Shown one piece after another: positions 34,391-42,045 of a DNA stretch of 64,000 nt (position 1 is the stretch's first letter; each line of letters starts with the position of its first letter). Position numbers and translations under genes: made by a program. This DNA is from a virus: positions 1 to 64,000 of IMG/VR virus record IMGVR_UViG_3300016667_000367; one strand, given 5' to 3'. The notes beneath the pieces are model-generated. The model was not told the DNA's origin. It was given only the letters and a program-made list of their open reading frames with translations, and did no database searches.

Positions 34391-34762
34391 ATGCAAGAAA
34401 AGATTGAATATGAACTAAACGGGGTTATGTACGAAGCTCATCCTGAGCTCACCTACAATGATTGCTCCGGTTGTGCAATGGAGGGTGAAGATTACTTCTG
34501 CACTATAGATCCCCATTTCATGAGCAGTATATGTCATGAACAGAAGATTATTTGGAAAAAGAAGGAAGAAGTAATGAAGTCAGTGTATAATCAGCAGCTT
34601 GTTGAGCAAATTCTTGACATCGTTAAGTACTACACAAGCCTAGGTCTTGATCCTAGCCTTGATGATTACATTAACTACATCACTTTAAAGGTTGAATTAA
34701 TCCTTCGTGATGGTAACTATGAGGAATTCAAGAAGTTCGTTGAGCTTTCCAAGAAGTACTGA
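34391..34762 (+). CDS. hypothetical protein (123 aa)
   Basis: ORF track. Confidence 0.5.
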   Translation: MQEKIEYELNGVMYEAHPELTYNDCSGCAMEGEDYFCTIDPHFMSSICHEQKIIWKKKEEVMKSVYNQQLVEQILDIVKYYTSLGLDPSLDDYINYITLKVELILRDGNYEEFKKFVELSKKY

Positions 34763-34772
34763 GGTTTGAAGT

Positions 34773-34931
34773 ATGGTAAAATTTGTGTATAATCAGATGT
34801 ACCATACTCTTACTAAGATGCAGGGTAGCAAGAAAGGTTGCAGCATTTCAGTAAGTCCTCATGAAATAGATGATATGATCAAGGATCTTGAAGAGATTAA
34901 GAAAAATCTGCAGAAGCAAGGATTGATGTAG
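34773..34931 (+). CDS. small protein (52 aa)
   Basis: hand-translated MVKFVYNQMYHTLTKMQG... Confidence 0.3.
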   Translation: MVKFVYNQMYHTLTKMQGSKKGCSISVSPHEIDDMIKDLEEIKKNLQKQGLM

Positions 34932-34977
34932 GTTTTTGTGGTAAACTCAATGCTGTGATTTGTTGAGTTTACTTAAT

Positions 34978-35051
34978 ATCACCGTAGCTCAGTAGCATAG
35001 AGCAGTTACCTTCTAAGTAACGGGTCACTGGTTGGAATCCAGTCGGTGATG
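34978..35051 (+). tRNA. tRNA-Arg (anticodon TCT)
   Basis: ATCACCG-TA-GCTC-AGTAGCATA-GAGC-A-GTTAC-CTTCTAA-GTAAC-GGGTC-ACTGG-TTGGAAT-CCAGT-CGGTGAT-G. Confidence 0.7.
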
Positions 35052-35073
35052 CTAAGTAAACTTAAAAATTATT

Positions 35074-35514
35074 ATGAAAAGAGAAAAAGCTGAATATCCG
35101 TTTGATAAATATTGGATCTACAAAGTTTTTCATAGAAAAGAAAATAGGTGGCAAGCGAATCTAATTTTAATTGATAATATTTCTATCCGCACTACAATCT
35201 CATATGCAAGATATTTAATGTCAGTCAAACTAGGACGATTTCTTGAAAAGTCAGAACAGGTTGATCATATTGATAATGACTGCACAAATGACTCGATAAA
35301 CAATTTACAAATATTGTCACAAAATGAAAACCTAAGTAAGCAAGTAGAAAGTTACTGGAAAAACTCAGGTAATCAGAAATACACAAAACTTCTGTGTGCT
35401 AACTGTAACAATGAATTTGAAATTCTTACTAGAAATTTTAAATTTAAATCAAAATCAGGTCAGGAGAAATTCTATTGTTGTAGAAAATGCTCATATGAAT
35501 CATTAAAGAGATAA
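35074..35514 (+). CDS. HNH homing endonuclease
   Basis: VDHIDNDCTNDSINNLQILSQNEN plus CANCNN...CCRKC zinc motif. Confidence 0.65.
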   Translation: MKREKAEYPFDKYWIYKVFHRKENRWQANLILIDNISIRTTISYARYLMSVKLGRFLEKSEQVDHIDNDCTNDSINNLQILSQNENLSKQVESYWKNSGNQKYTKLLCANCNNEFEILTRNFKFKSKSGQEKFYCCRKCSYESLKR

Positions 35515-35615
35515 GGGTGCTTTGCTAATGTTGGTTTAAGAGCAGAGCTTATACCTCTGTATAGCACAGTCTAGATAAGGCTGCGTACGTCGGTTCGATT
35601 CCGGCAGCACCCACC
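35515..35615 (+). tRNA. unusual 101-nt tRNA-like gene with CCA, anticodon loop CUUAUAC (UAU) and an extra about-28-nt arm
   Basis: acceptor GGGTGCT/AGCACCC, T arm GTCGG-TTCGATT-CCGGC, anticodon arm CAGAG-CTTATAC-CTCTG, extra hairpin CAGTC-TAGATAA-GGCTG, 3' ACCA. Confidence 0.45.
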
Positions 35616-35730
35616 AAGATTTAGCAAGTTATAAATGTTGAGTACTTGCTAAAATTTGTGATACAATTAAAACAACTCGTAAGCTGGAGTATAAACAGCT
35701 TAACTTTTTAACACACTGAAAGGAAACACA

Positions 35731-36357
35731 ATGTCAATCGCAAAGCTAAACGGTACTCTGGTCTATGTTCAAGTTAACGAGCCAAAGCAGTGCTTCGCTG
35801 CTGAGAAGGGCGAAGAATGGAAGGCAAGTATCGTCGTAAGCGAAGATGATGCAGAAGCATGGGATGATACTTACCCAAAGCAAACTGCAAAGCAAGTAAA
35901 GACCTCTGAGTTTGAATCAATCTATAAGATTCCTGCTCCGTTCCCTAATCAACGTAAGCAATACGTTATCACTGCACGTAAGAACACAAAGCTAGGTAAC
36001 GGAAAACCAGTGCCAATTCAGTACCAACCAAAAGTCTTCCAGAAGAAGGGTAATACACTGGTTGATGTTACTACTTCTGTACTACCAGCTAATGGTTCTG
36101 TCGGTGCAATCAGCATTGAGTCATATGAAGGTAAGATGGGTATCTTTGCTCGACTCAAGAATGTACTTGTCACTGAAATGATTGAGTACAAACGTGCAGA
36201 TTCTGGAAGTAGTGCAGATGGTTCTGAGTTTGGATTTGAAGTGCAAAAGGCAGATGATGGTGAAGGTAATGAAGTGAAAGTACCAGCAAAGGCTGCTGCA
36301 AAGCCGAAGAAGGTTGTAGTTGAAGATGACGATGATCTTTCCGATTCGCCTTTTTAA
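35731..36357 (+). CDS. single-stranded DNA-binding protein, T7 gp2.5-like
   Basis: acidic C-terminal tail VEDDDDLSDSPF ending in Phe; position in the replication module. Confidence 0.5.
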   Translation: MSIAKLNGTLVYVQVNEPKQCFAAEKGEEWKASIVVSEDDAEAWDDTYPKQTAKQVKTSEFESIYKIPAPFPNQRKQYVITARKNTKLGNGKPVPIQYQPKVFQKKGNTLVDVTTSVLPANGSVGAISIESYEGKMGIFARLKNVLVTEMIEYKRADSGSSADGSEFGFEVQKADDGEGNEVKVPAKAAAKPKKVVVEDDDDLSDSPF

Positions 36358-36411
36358 GATAGTTAAGTAAATCAAAGGAAGGTCTTCGGATCTTCCTTTA
36401 AAGGAAAAATT

Positions 36412-36591
36412 ATGATGATTGAAAAACGAAATACTACTATTGAAGTCGAAAAGATCTCAAATGGTTTTGTAGTTATCGCATCAGGTCGTTCAGAAGATAA
36501 TGAATGGGTTCATGAGAAGTTCTATGCGTACACTATGGATGATGTACTTGACATCATGAATGAATACTTCAGTCTTCCTCAAGACAAATAA
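36412..36591 (+). CDS. small protein (59 aa)
   Basis: hand-translated MMIEKRNTTIEVEK... Confidence 0.35.
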   Translation: MMIEKRNTTIEVEKISNGFVVIASGRSEDNEWVHEKFYAYTMDDVLDIMNEYFSLPQDK

Positions 36592-36603
36592 TTAAGGAAT
36601 AAG

Positions 36604-36774
36604 ATGGAAAAGCCAAACCTAAAGCCAACTAGCACTTTTAAGCTGTCAAAGACGACTAAGCGAATGATGTGCTTTATTGCTAACAAGACACTGCGTAATG
36701 CATTTAAAAGAAATATGATTCAAGCACAACTTGCTGCTGAGGAAGCACGTAAGACAAAGCACAAGGAGGACTGA
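36604..36774 (+). CDS. small basic protein (56 aa)
   Basis: hand-translated MEKPNLKPTSTFKL... Confidence 0.3.
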   Translation: MEKPNLKPTSTFKLSKTTKRMMCFIANKTLRNAFKRNMIQAQLAAEEARKTKHKED

Positions 36775-36775
36775 T

Positions 36776-36976
36776 ATGACACGTAATACTAAGGAAGCAC
36801 TTCTACTTGTAGTTGCTATTACTCTAGCTGGTTTCTTTATTGCAGTAGGTCCACTAGCTGTTATCTGGGCACTGAATACCCTGTTTAGCCTTGCAATTTC
36901 CTATGATTTCTTCACTTGGCTTGCAGTGCTAGTACTCTCGGGTGTCCTGAAGACGAAGGTTCAAATTAACAAGTAA
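36776..36976 (+). CDS. small membrane protein (two TM segments; start at MTRNTKEALLL)
   Basis: ORF track 36731..36976 trimmed. Confidence 0.4.
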   Translation: MTRNTKEALLLVVAITLAGFFIAVGPLAVIWALNTLFSLAISYDFFTWLAVLVLSGVLKTKVQINK

Positions 36977-37047
36977 AATCCATTGCGTACAGAGCCTGCT
37001 GAGGCTTTTGACAACGTATAAACGGTAAGTAAAGTAAAGGAACAAAG

Positions 37048-37266
37048 ATGGACCAACGTGAAGCAATCTCTAAGCTGACTAAGATGTACGTGCAGATTCA
37101 GAGCATCGAAGAAGAGATTAAGGAAATCAAGTCAGAGATCAAGGCAGAAGGTATGAATGCAAGCATCATCGCAAACGTAGCCAAGGCAGTAGCTAACAAC
37201 AAGGTTACTGAGCTTAAGGAAAAGTCAGAAGAAACCCTAGAGATGATCGACATCTCTCGGAGTTGA
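37048..37266 (+). CDS. hypothetical coiled-coil protein (72 aa)
   Basis: ORF track. Confidence 0.45.
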   Translation: MDQREAISKLTKMYVQIQSIEEEIKEIKSEIKAEGMNASIIANVAKAVANNKVTELKEKSEETLEMIDISRS

Positions 37267-37273
37267 TGTATAA

Positions 37274-37306
37274 TCCCCGGAGGTTAGCCCTTCGGGGTAT
37301 TTTTGT
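37274..37306 (+). terminator. hairpin ccccgg..gcccttcgggg plus T-run; one of a recurring GCCC-TTCG/GAAG-GGG tetraloop family
   Basis: read directly. Confidence 0.45.
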
Positions 37307-37321
37307 ATCTTAAGGATTAAA

Positions 37322-37621
37322 ATGAAATATCGTAAGAAGCCTGTTGTGATTGAAGCTACTCAGTGGTTCAAGCAAGGAGATCATTCTGCCGTAAGGGGAA
37401 CATCTTATACGGAGATTCATAAACTTCTAGGAACATCCGGTTGCTCAAGAGAAGAACCTTATTGGACTTGGATGGCTATGGGTGTAATTGATACACCAGA
37501 AGGACAACATGTGGTTATACCGGGAGACTGGATTATTACTGGTGTAAACGGAGAAAACTATCCGTGTAAGCATGATATTTTTCAGATGACATATGAAGCA
37601 GTAAAGGATGATTATGAGTAA
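37322..37621 (+). CDS. hypothetical protein (99 aa)
   Basis: ORF track. Confidence 0.5.
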   Translation: MKYRKKPVVIEATQWFKQGDHSAVRGTSYTEIHKLLGTSGCSREEPYWTWMAMGVIDTPEGQHVVIPGDWIITGVNGENYPCKHDIFQMTYEAVKDDYE

Positions 37622-38579
37622 AGCACTAGTGGTAGTTGATTCTGATACTTTAATTTACTCAGCGGCTTGCGTGACTGAGAAAAGATTCATTGATGTACTG
37701 CATAAACCAACAGGTATTGTGAAGTCATTTGCTAATCGAACTGAGTTCAAGCAATTGATGAAGTCAAAAGATAAGGAAATCACTGAAGACTACAGTATTA
37801 CAGACAGACAAGAGCCAGAAGATATTGCTAACTGCCTAGCCTTGATTAAGCATTCAGCTAACGCTATTCTAGAACGCTATCAATTTGAGGATGTAATCTT
37901 TGTTGCTGGTGACGAAGATAACTTCAGGCTTGATCTACCACTACCAACACGGTACAAAGACTTCAGGAAAGATACGCTGCGACCGTTGCACCTTAAAGAG
38001 GCTCACAACTACTTCAAGCACAAGTTCAAAGCTCGCAAGGCTAAATTTCACGAGTGCGATGATGAGGTTTTGCTGCTAGCAACAGAAGCAAGTAAGTCAA
38101 GGCAATCTATTCTGCTTTCCGAAGACAAGGACTCACGACAGGCTATCGGTGTTCATATTGGAGGATATAGCGCAGGTTATGATGATCTAGTACTGGTACA
38201 TGATATGCACGAAGTCAATCTAGTGAACGGTAAGTTCAAATCCTACGGTGTACCTTGGATTGCATATCAATGTACAGTTGGTGATAGCAGTGATGGTTAT
38301 AAGCCAAGTAAGTTAGCTGCCACAAAGTACGGAGATGTTGGTGCATACAAAGAGTTTAGCTATTGCAGAAATCCTGCTGAAGTTCTTGAATTACTAAAAG
38401 GGAGATATAAGAAGTGGTACCCTGAGGAATTCATATACACAGCATGGGATGGCTCAGAGCATAAAGCAGACTGGAAATCAATGCTGCAAATTTACTATTC
38501 CTGCGCGAGGATGAAACGAAGTACGGATGATGATCTGAATGTAGAAAAATTCTTTAACGAATACGGAGTTCAATTGTGA
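37608..38579 (+). CDS. 5'-3' exonuclease / flap endonuclease (T7 gp6-like)
   Basis: N-terminal acidic VVVDSDTL and H3TH-like VGDSSDGYKPSK. Confidence 0.5.
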   Translation: MIMSKALVVVDSDTLIYSAACVTEKRFIDVLHKPTGIVKSFANRTEFKQLMKSKDKEITEDYSITDRQEPEDIANCLALIKHSANAILERYQFEDVIFVAGDEDNFRLDLPLPTRYKDFRKDTLRPLHLKEAHNYFKHKFKARKAKFHECDDEVLLLATEASKSRQSILLSEDKDSRQAIGVHIGGYSAGYDDLVLVHDMHEVNLVNGKFKSYGVPWIAYQCTVGDSSDGYKPSKLAATKYGDVGAYKEFSYCRNPAEVLELLKGRYKKWYPEEFIYTAWDGSEHKADWKSMLQIYYSCARMKRSTDDDLNVEKFFNEYGVQL

Positions 38580-38764
38580 TTATTGCCAAGGAATACAAAG
38601 GTAAGTTCTATCATTGGGATTCAAGCTATAGGAAGTACATTAGGGATCACGAAGGCAAGATGATCTCTACAGATCAATGCTTATGCTTTGCTTATGAACC
38701 AGGGGAATGCTGCTGCGCTTTTGACTGGAGTGGCTATGAGTACGATGACTATTGCGATGACTAA
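38576..38764 (+). CDS. small Cys-rich protein (62 aa)
   Basis: ORF track. Confidence 0.4.
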   Translation: MIIAKEYKGKFYHWDSSYRKYIRDHEGKMISTDQCLCFAYEPGECCCAFDWSGYEYDDYCDD

Positions 38765-38778
38765 TATGAAGGATATCC

Positions 38779-39282
38779 ATGACAGAAAGCCTACGAACAA
38801 CAACTGACGTAAAGAACTACAGAAATAAGTTAATTAAAGAGCAAGGTGGTATTGATCCAATCCTAAATGAACCTTTCAAGGAGGTTGTAGTCCTTGACCA
38901 CGATCATGTATCTCAGCATGTAAGATCCTCTCTTAACAGAAACACAAATGCTTTTGAAGGTTTAGTTTTTAATGCGTATCGTAGGTGTCTTCAGTGGTTG
39001 ACTGACAAACCACTACCTGATATCCTACGAAGCCTAGCTACTTACTTGGAGCAGGACTACTCAAGGCATCCATATCACCCCGGTTGGATGAAGAGAGTCA
39101 GTACTGATTTCAACAAGCTAAACGCTAAGGGCATGCAAGTAGCCCTTGAGAAGCTAGGTTTGCAAGCAGGTAGGAATGCAGTGGAGAGAAAAAATCTTTT
39201 CAAAGCTGCTCTCAAGAGGCAGGATTTAGGGTATGATGACTTCATCAAAATCCTGAAAGAAGCTGAGAAGCTATCAAAGTAA
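38779..39282 (+). CDS. endonuclease VII-like junction-resolving nuclease (tentative)
   Basis: VVLDHDHVSQHVRSSLNRNTNAFEG resembles the Endo VII DHDH motif. Confidence 0.4.
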   Translation: MTESLRTTTDVKNYRNKLIKEQGGIDPILNEPFKEVVVLDHDHVSQHVRSSLNRNTNAFEGLVFNAYRRCLQWLTDKPLPDILRSLATYLEQDYSRHPYHPGWMKRVSTDFNKLNAKGMQVALEKLGLQAGRNAVERKNLFKAALKRQDLGYDDFIKILKEAEKLSK

Positions 39283-39297
39283 AACTAAGGAGTAATC

Positions 39298-39591
39298 ATG
39301 CAGAAAGAGAAGACAGTTGTTTATTTTCAAGGTGAAGCAGTATTTGTTAAAAAATCAGCGGAGTACGTTCCAGAGGATCTTAAGCAGTTCATTGCTGAAG
39401 ATGGCACTTATGAGTGCGCTCATGTCCTTGCTCTCAATCACCCTCGTCTTGGGTATGAAGATGTTCGTACAAGCATCGTAGTCAATAAGTTTGAGGATGG
39501 ATCATTTGAGACTCTAAACACGCAGTACGTAAAAGCAAATGATGATATCGTTGCTGGATTCCATGCTGCACTAAAGATGACTAAGTGGTAA
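39298..39591 (+). CDS. hypothetical protein (97 aa)
   Basis: ORF track. Confidence 0.5.
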   Translation: MQKEKTVVYFQGEAVFVKKSAEYVPEDLKQFIAEDGTYECAHVLALNHPRLGYEDVRTSIVVNKFEDGSFETLNTQYVKANDDIVAGFHAALKMTKW

Positions 39592-39594
39592 ATC

Positions 39595-39786
39595 ATGAAA
39601 CCTGTTAACTTTAAATTTAAAATCAAGTCATGCAGTAATGCAATGATGTGGTATAGTCAGCATATCAACGAAGAGTTCATTGCTCTTTATGAAGATGGTA
39701 AGGCATACTGGACTAGAGAGAAAGAACAACCTTTCTGTCTAAATTGGGTAAACAAGCAAGATATTGAAGTTCTAACTGAGGAATAA
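39595..39786 (+). CDS. hypothetical protein (63 aa)
   Basis: ORF track. Confidence 0.45.
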   Translation: MKPVNFKFKIKSCSNAMMWYSQHINEEFIALYEDGKAYWTREKEQPFCLNWVNKQDIEVLTEE

Positions 39787-39787
39787 C

Positions 39788-40288
39788 ATGAAACAGAGCA
39801 CTAAACTTATGATCGCTGACTTTGCCGAAAGCTGCTATGCATTTAATGAAATTGCAGGCAAGGATAATGATGTTAGTCTGAATGATCTTAAGAAGCAACT
39901 TGTTCTTATCTATGAGGAAGTTGATGAAATCTCTGAAGGTCTTGTAGATAATAATCCAACTGAAGTACTTGATGGTGTAATTGATACGTTGGTTGTGACT
40001 ATCGGCTTGCTGCAGAAACTTGAGAACCTCGGTATCAATGTAGAGGAAGCAATGGAGCGAACTGCTGCTAATAACCTAAGTAAGTTTACTCCTAATATTG
40101 AAGTTGCTCAACAGTCAGTCAAGGCTTTAAAGGCTAATTCAATTAATGCTCGGACTGATTACAACGCGCAATACAATGTATTTGTTATAAAGGATTCAAA
40201 CGACAAGGTTCGTAAGCCTTGGAACTTTGAAAGCAACGATTTGACTTGTTGTGTACCAGAAGAACTAAAGAATGGATTTAAGGAATGA
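39788..40288 (+). CDS. hypothetical protein (166 aa)
   Basis: ORF track. Confidence 0.5.
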   Translation: MKQSTKLMIADFAESCYAFNEIAGKDNDVSLNDLKKQLVLIYEEVDEISEGLVDNNPTEVLDGVIDTLVVTIGLLQKLENLGINVEEAMERTAANNLSKFTPNIEVAQQSVKALKANSINARTDYNAQYNVFVIKDSNDKVRKPWNFESNDLTCCVPEELKNGFKE

Positions 40289-40497
40289 GTATGCAGGATT
40301 CAATTGTTAGTGAAATTCGCCAGATGCTTCTTCAGCGAAGCCAAACGGGGATCAAGAAGTACGGTACTACCTTGGATCGTACTGACCTGAAACCTTCTGA
40401 ATGGTGCCAGCACCTTCTTGAGGAACTCCTTGATGCAAGTGGATACGTCCTTCGTTTAAAGAAGGATCTTGAAGAAATTGAAAAGGAATTCAAATGA
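40285..40497 (+). CDS. hypothetical protein (70 aa)
   Basis: ORF track. Confidence 0.45.
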   Translation: MSMQDSIVSEIRQMLLQRSQTGIKKYGTTLDRTDLKPSEWCQHLLEELLDASGYVLRLKKDLEEIEKEFK

Positions 40498-40613
40498 CCT
40501 CAGATATCATGTCTTTCCTAGTTGCTATTGCATTTGGAATCGGTATGGGTCTAATGCTGTGGCTTTCTATTGAGGAAAAGCCTCATAAAAAGTACGATCA
40601 AGATCTGGAATGA
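40494..40613 (+). CDS. 39-aa TM peptide MTSDIMSFLVAIAFGIGMGLMLWL...
   Basis: ATGA overlap with upstream stop; hand-translated. Confidence 0.3.
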   Translation: MTSDIMSFLVAIAFGIGMGLMLWLSIEEKPHKKYDQDLE

Positions 40614-40676
40614 TCATGCTCTGAGTGCTATAATTCTCTTCCCTAGCGAAAGTTAGGGAGGAGTAAAGGAGTTAAC

Positions 40677-41081
40677 ATGGATAATCAAAAGAGAGTAAAG
40701 CCTTCAGCTATCGTAGCTAAGGTAATTATCTCTGAGTCAGAACTTTCAAAGGCAATGCAATGGCATTGCGATATTGAAAAAGACGAAGAAAAGTTTAAAA
40801 GCATTTTGTACAACCTTGGTGTAGATGTCCAAAAGTCAATCATTAGACAAGATGGTCTTCAGCATAGAAATAGGTTTAATGAAGTAGTAATTTGTTCTAG
40901 ATGGATTTGCGAAGAGAGGCTTGATGATACTTGGTTGAAATCAGGATATGCTTCAAAGGAAGCGATTGATAAAGCCGGTGGTAGTAAGATTATCGAAAGC
41001 CTTTACCGAGAAAAGTGCTTGACTGAAGATGCTCAGGAAATCCTAGAGCGCAGGGATGCTCGGGAATTCAAGGGTAAGTAA
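40677..41081 (+). CDS. hypothetical protein (134 aa)
   Basis: ORF track. Confidence 0.5.
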   Translation: MDNQKRVKPSAIVAKVIISESELSKAMQWHCDIEKDEEKFKSILYNLGVDVQKSIIRQDGLQHRNRFNEVVICSRWICEERLDDTWLKSGYASKEAIDKAGGSKIIESLYREKCLTEDAQEILERRDAREFKGK

Positions 41082-41097
41082 TTAATTAAGGAATATT

Positions 41098-42045
41098 ATG
41101 CAAGATCATTTAGTGCCTGTGTATGAAGATAAGAATGTTGTAGAACTAGCAGAACAGCAGCTGAAAATTTTCTGGCTTCCAGATGAAATTAAAGTTGAAA
41201 AAGATGTACAAGATGTGCTGACTAATTTTACTGAAGCTGAAAAACACGCAGTTCTTACTACACTAAAGCTATTTAGTATTTACGAAACTCATGCCGGAGA
41301 TGAGTGGTGGTCTGGACGTTTCAAGGAAATCTTTAATCGTGCTGACTATCACAGGATGGCTAGTGTATTCAGTATGTTTGAACTAGCGGTTCACGGACCA
41401 TTCTATAATAAGATTAATGAGCTTCTGTATATCAATACTCCTGAGTTTTACCTATCTTATCAAGAAGATAAAACTCTAAGCTCTCGTGTTGAGCACATTG
41501 GAGAGATGATTTCAAATAAAGATGACTGCGTAGCCCTTGGTAGTTTTTGCATGGTTGAAGGTGTGATTCTCTATTCTAGTTTTGCTTTTCTAAAGCATTA
41601 TCAGTCTCAGGGAAAAAATAAACTTGCAAATGTAGTTCGTGGATTGAACCTGAGCGTCCGTGATGAGGCGATTCACTCAAAAGCAAGTGCTTATGCATTT
41701 AATTTAAAGTTTAAAGAACATCCTTATAAAGAAAAAGTAGTATCTGAGCTAAAGAAAACAGCAGAGCTTATTCTTGAACATGAAAAACAAATCATTTCAA
41801 AACTTTTTGAGAAAGGTAAAATTGAAGGAATTACTGCACATCAACTTGAAAACTTTGTGATGTCTAGAATTAATGAATGTTTCAAGGACATGGGCCTTGA
41901 GAAGATTTTTGATGTAAAATATAATCCAATCGCTGAATGGTTCTATAAGGGAATCAACGATTACCAGTTTAATGATTTCTTTGCTGGTCAAGGTAATCAA
42001 TATCACCGTAATTGGGATGAGTCTAGTTTTATTTGGAGCAACTAA
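41098..42045 (+). CDS. nrdB: ribonucleotide reductase small subunit (class I R2)
   Basis: di-iron ligand motifs FELAVH, VEGVILYSSFAF, VRDEAIH. Confidence 0.7.
   Translation: MQDHLVPVYEDKNVVELAEQQLKIFWLPDEIKVEKDVQDVLTNFTEAEKHAVLTTLKLFSIYETHAGDEWWSGRFKEIFNRADYHRMASVFSMFELAVHGPFYNKINELLYINTPEFYLSYQEDKTLSSRVEHIGEMISNKDDCVALGSFCMVEGVILYSSFAFLKHYQSQGKNKLANVVRGLNLSVRDEAIHSKASAYAFNLKFKEHPYKEKVVSELKKTAELILEHEKQIISKLFEKGKIEGITAHQLENFVMSRINECFKDMGLEKIFDVKYNPIAEWFYKGINDYQFNDFFAGQGNQYHRNWDESSFIWSN

Noticed and set aside
35616-35730. Inverted repeats TTAGCAAGT...ACTTGCTAA and AAGCTG...CAGCTT upstream of the SSB gene as an operator
   Set aside because: Plausible but single-copy; could equally be a 3' hairpin of the preceding tRNA-like transcript; not enough evidence to call.
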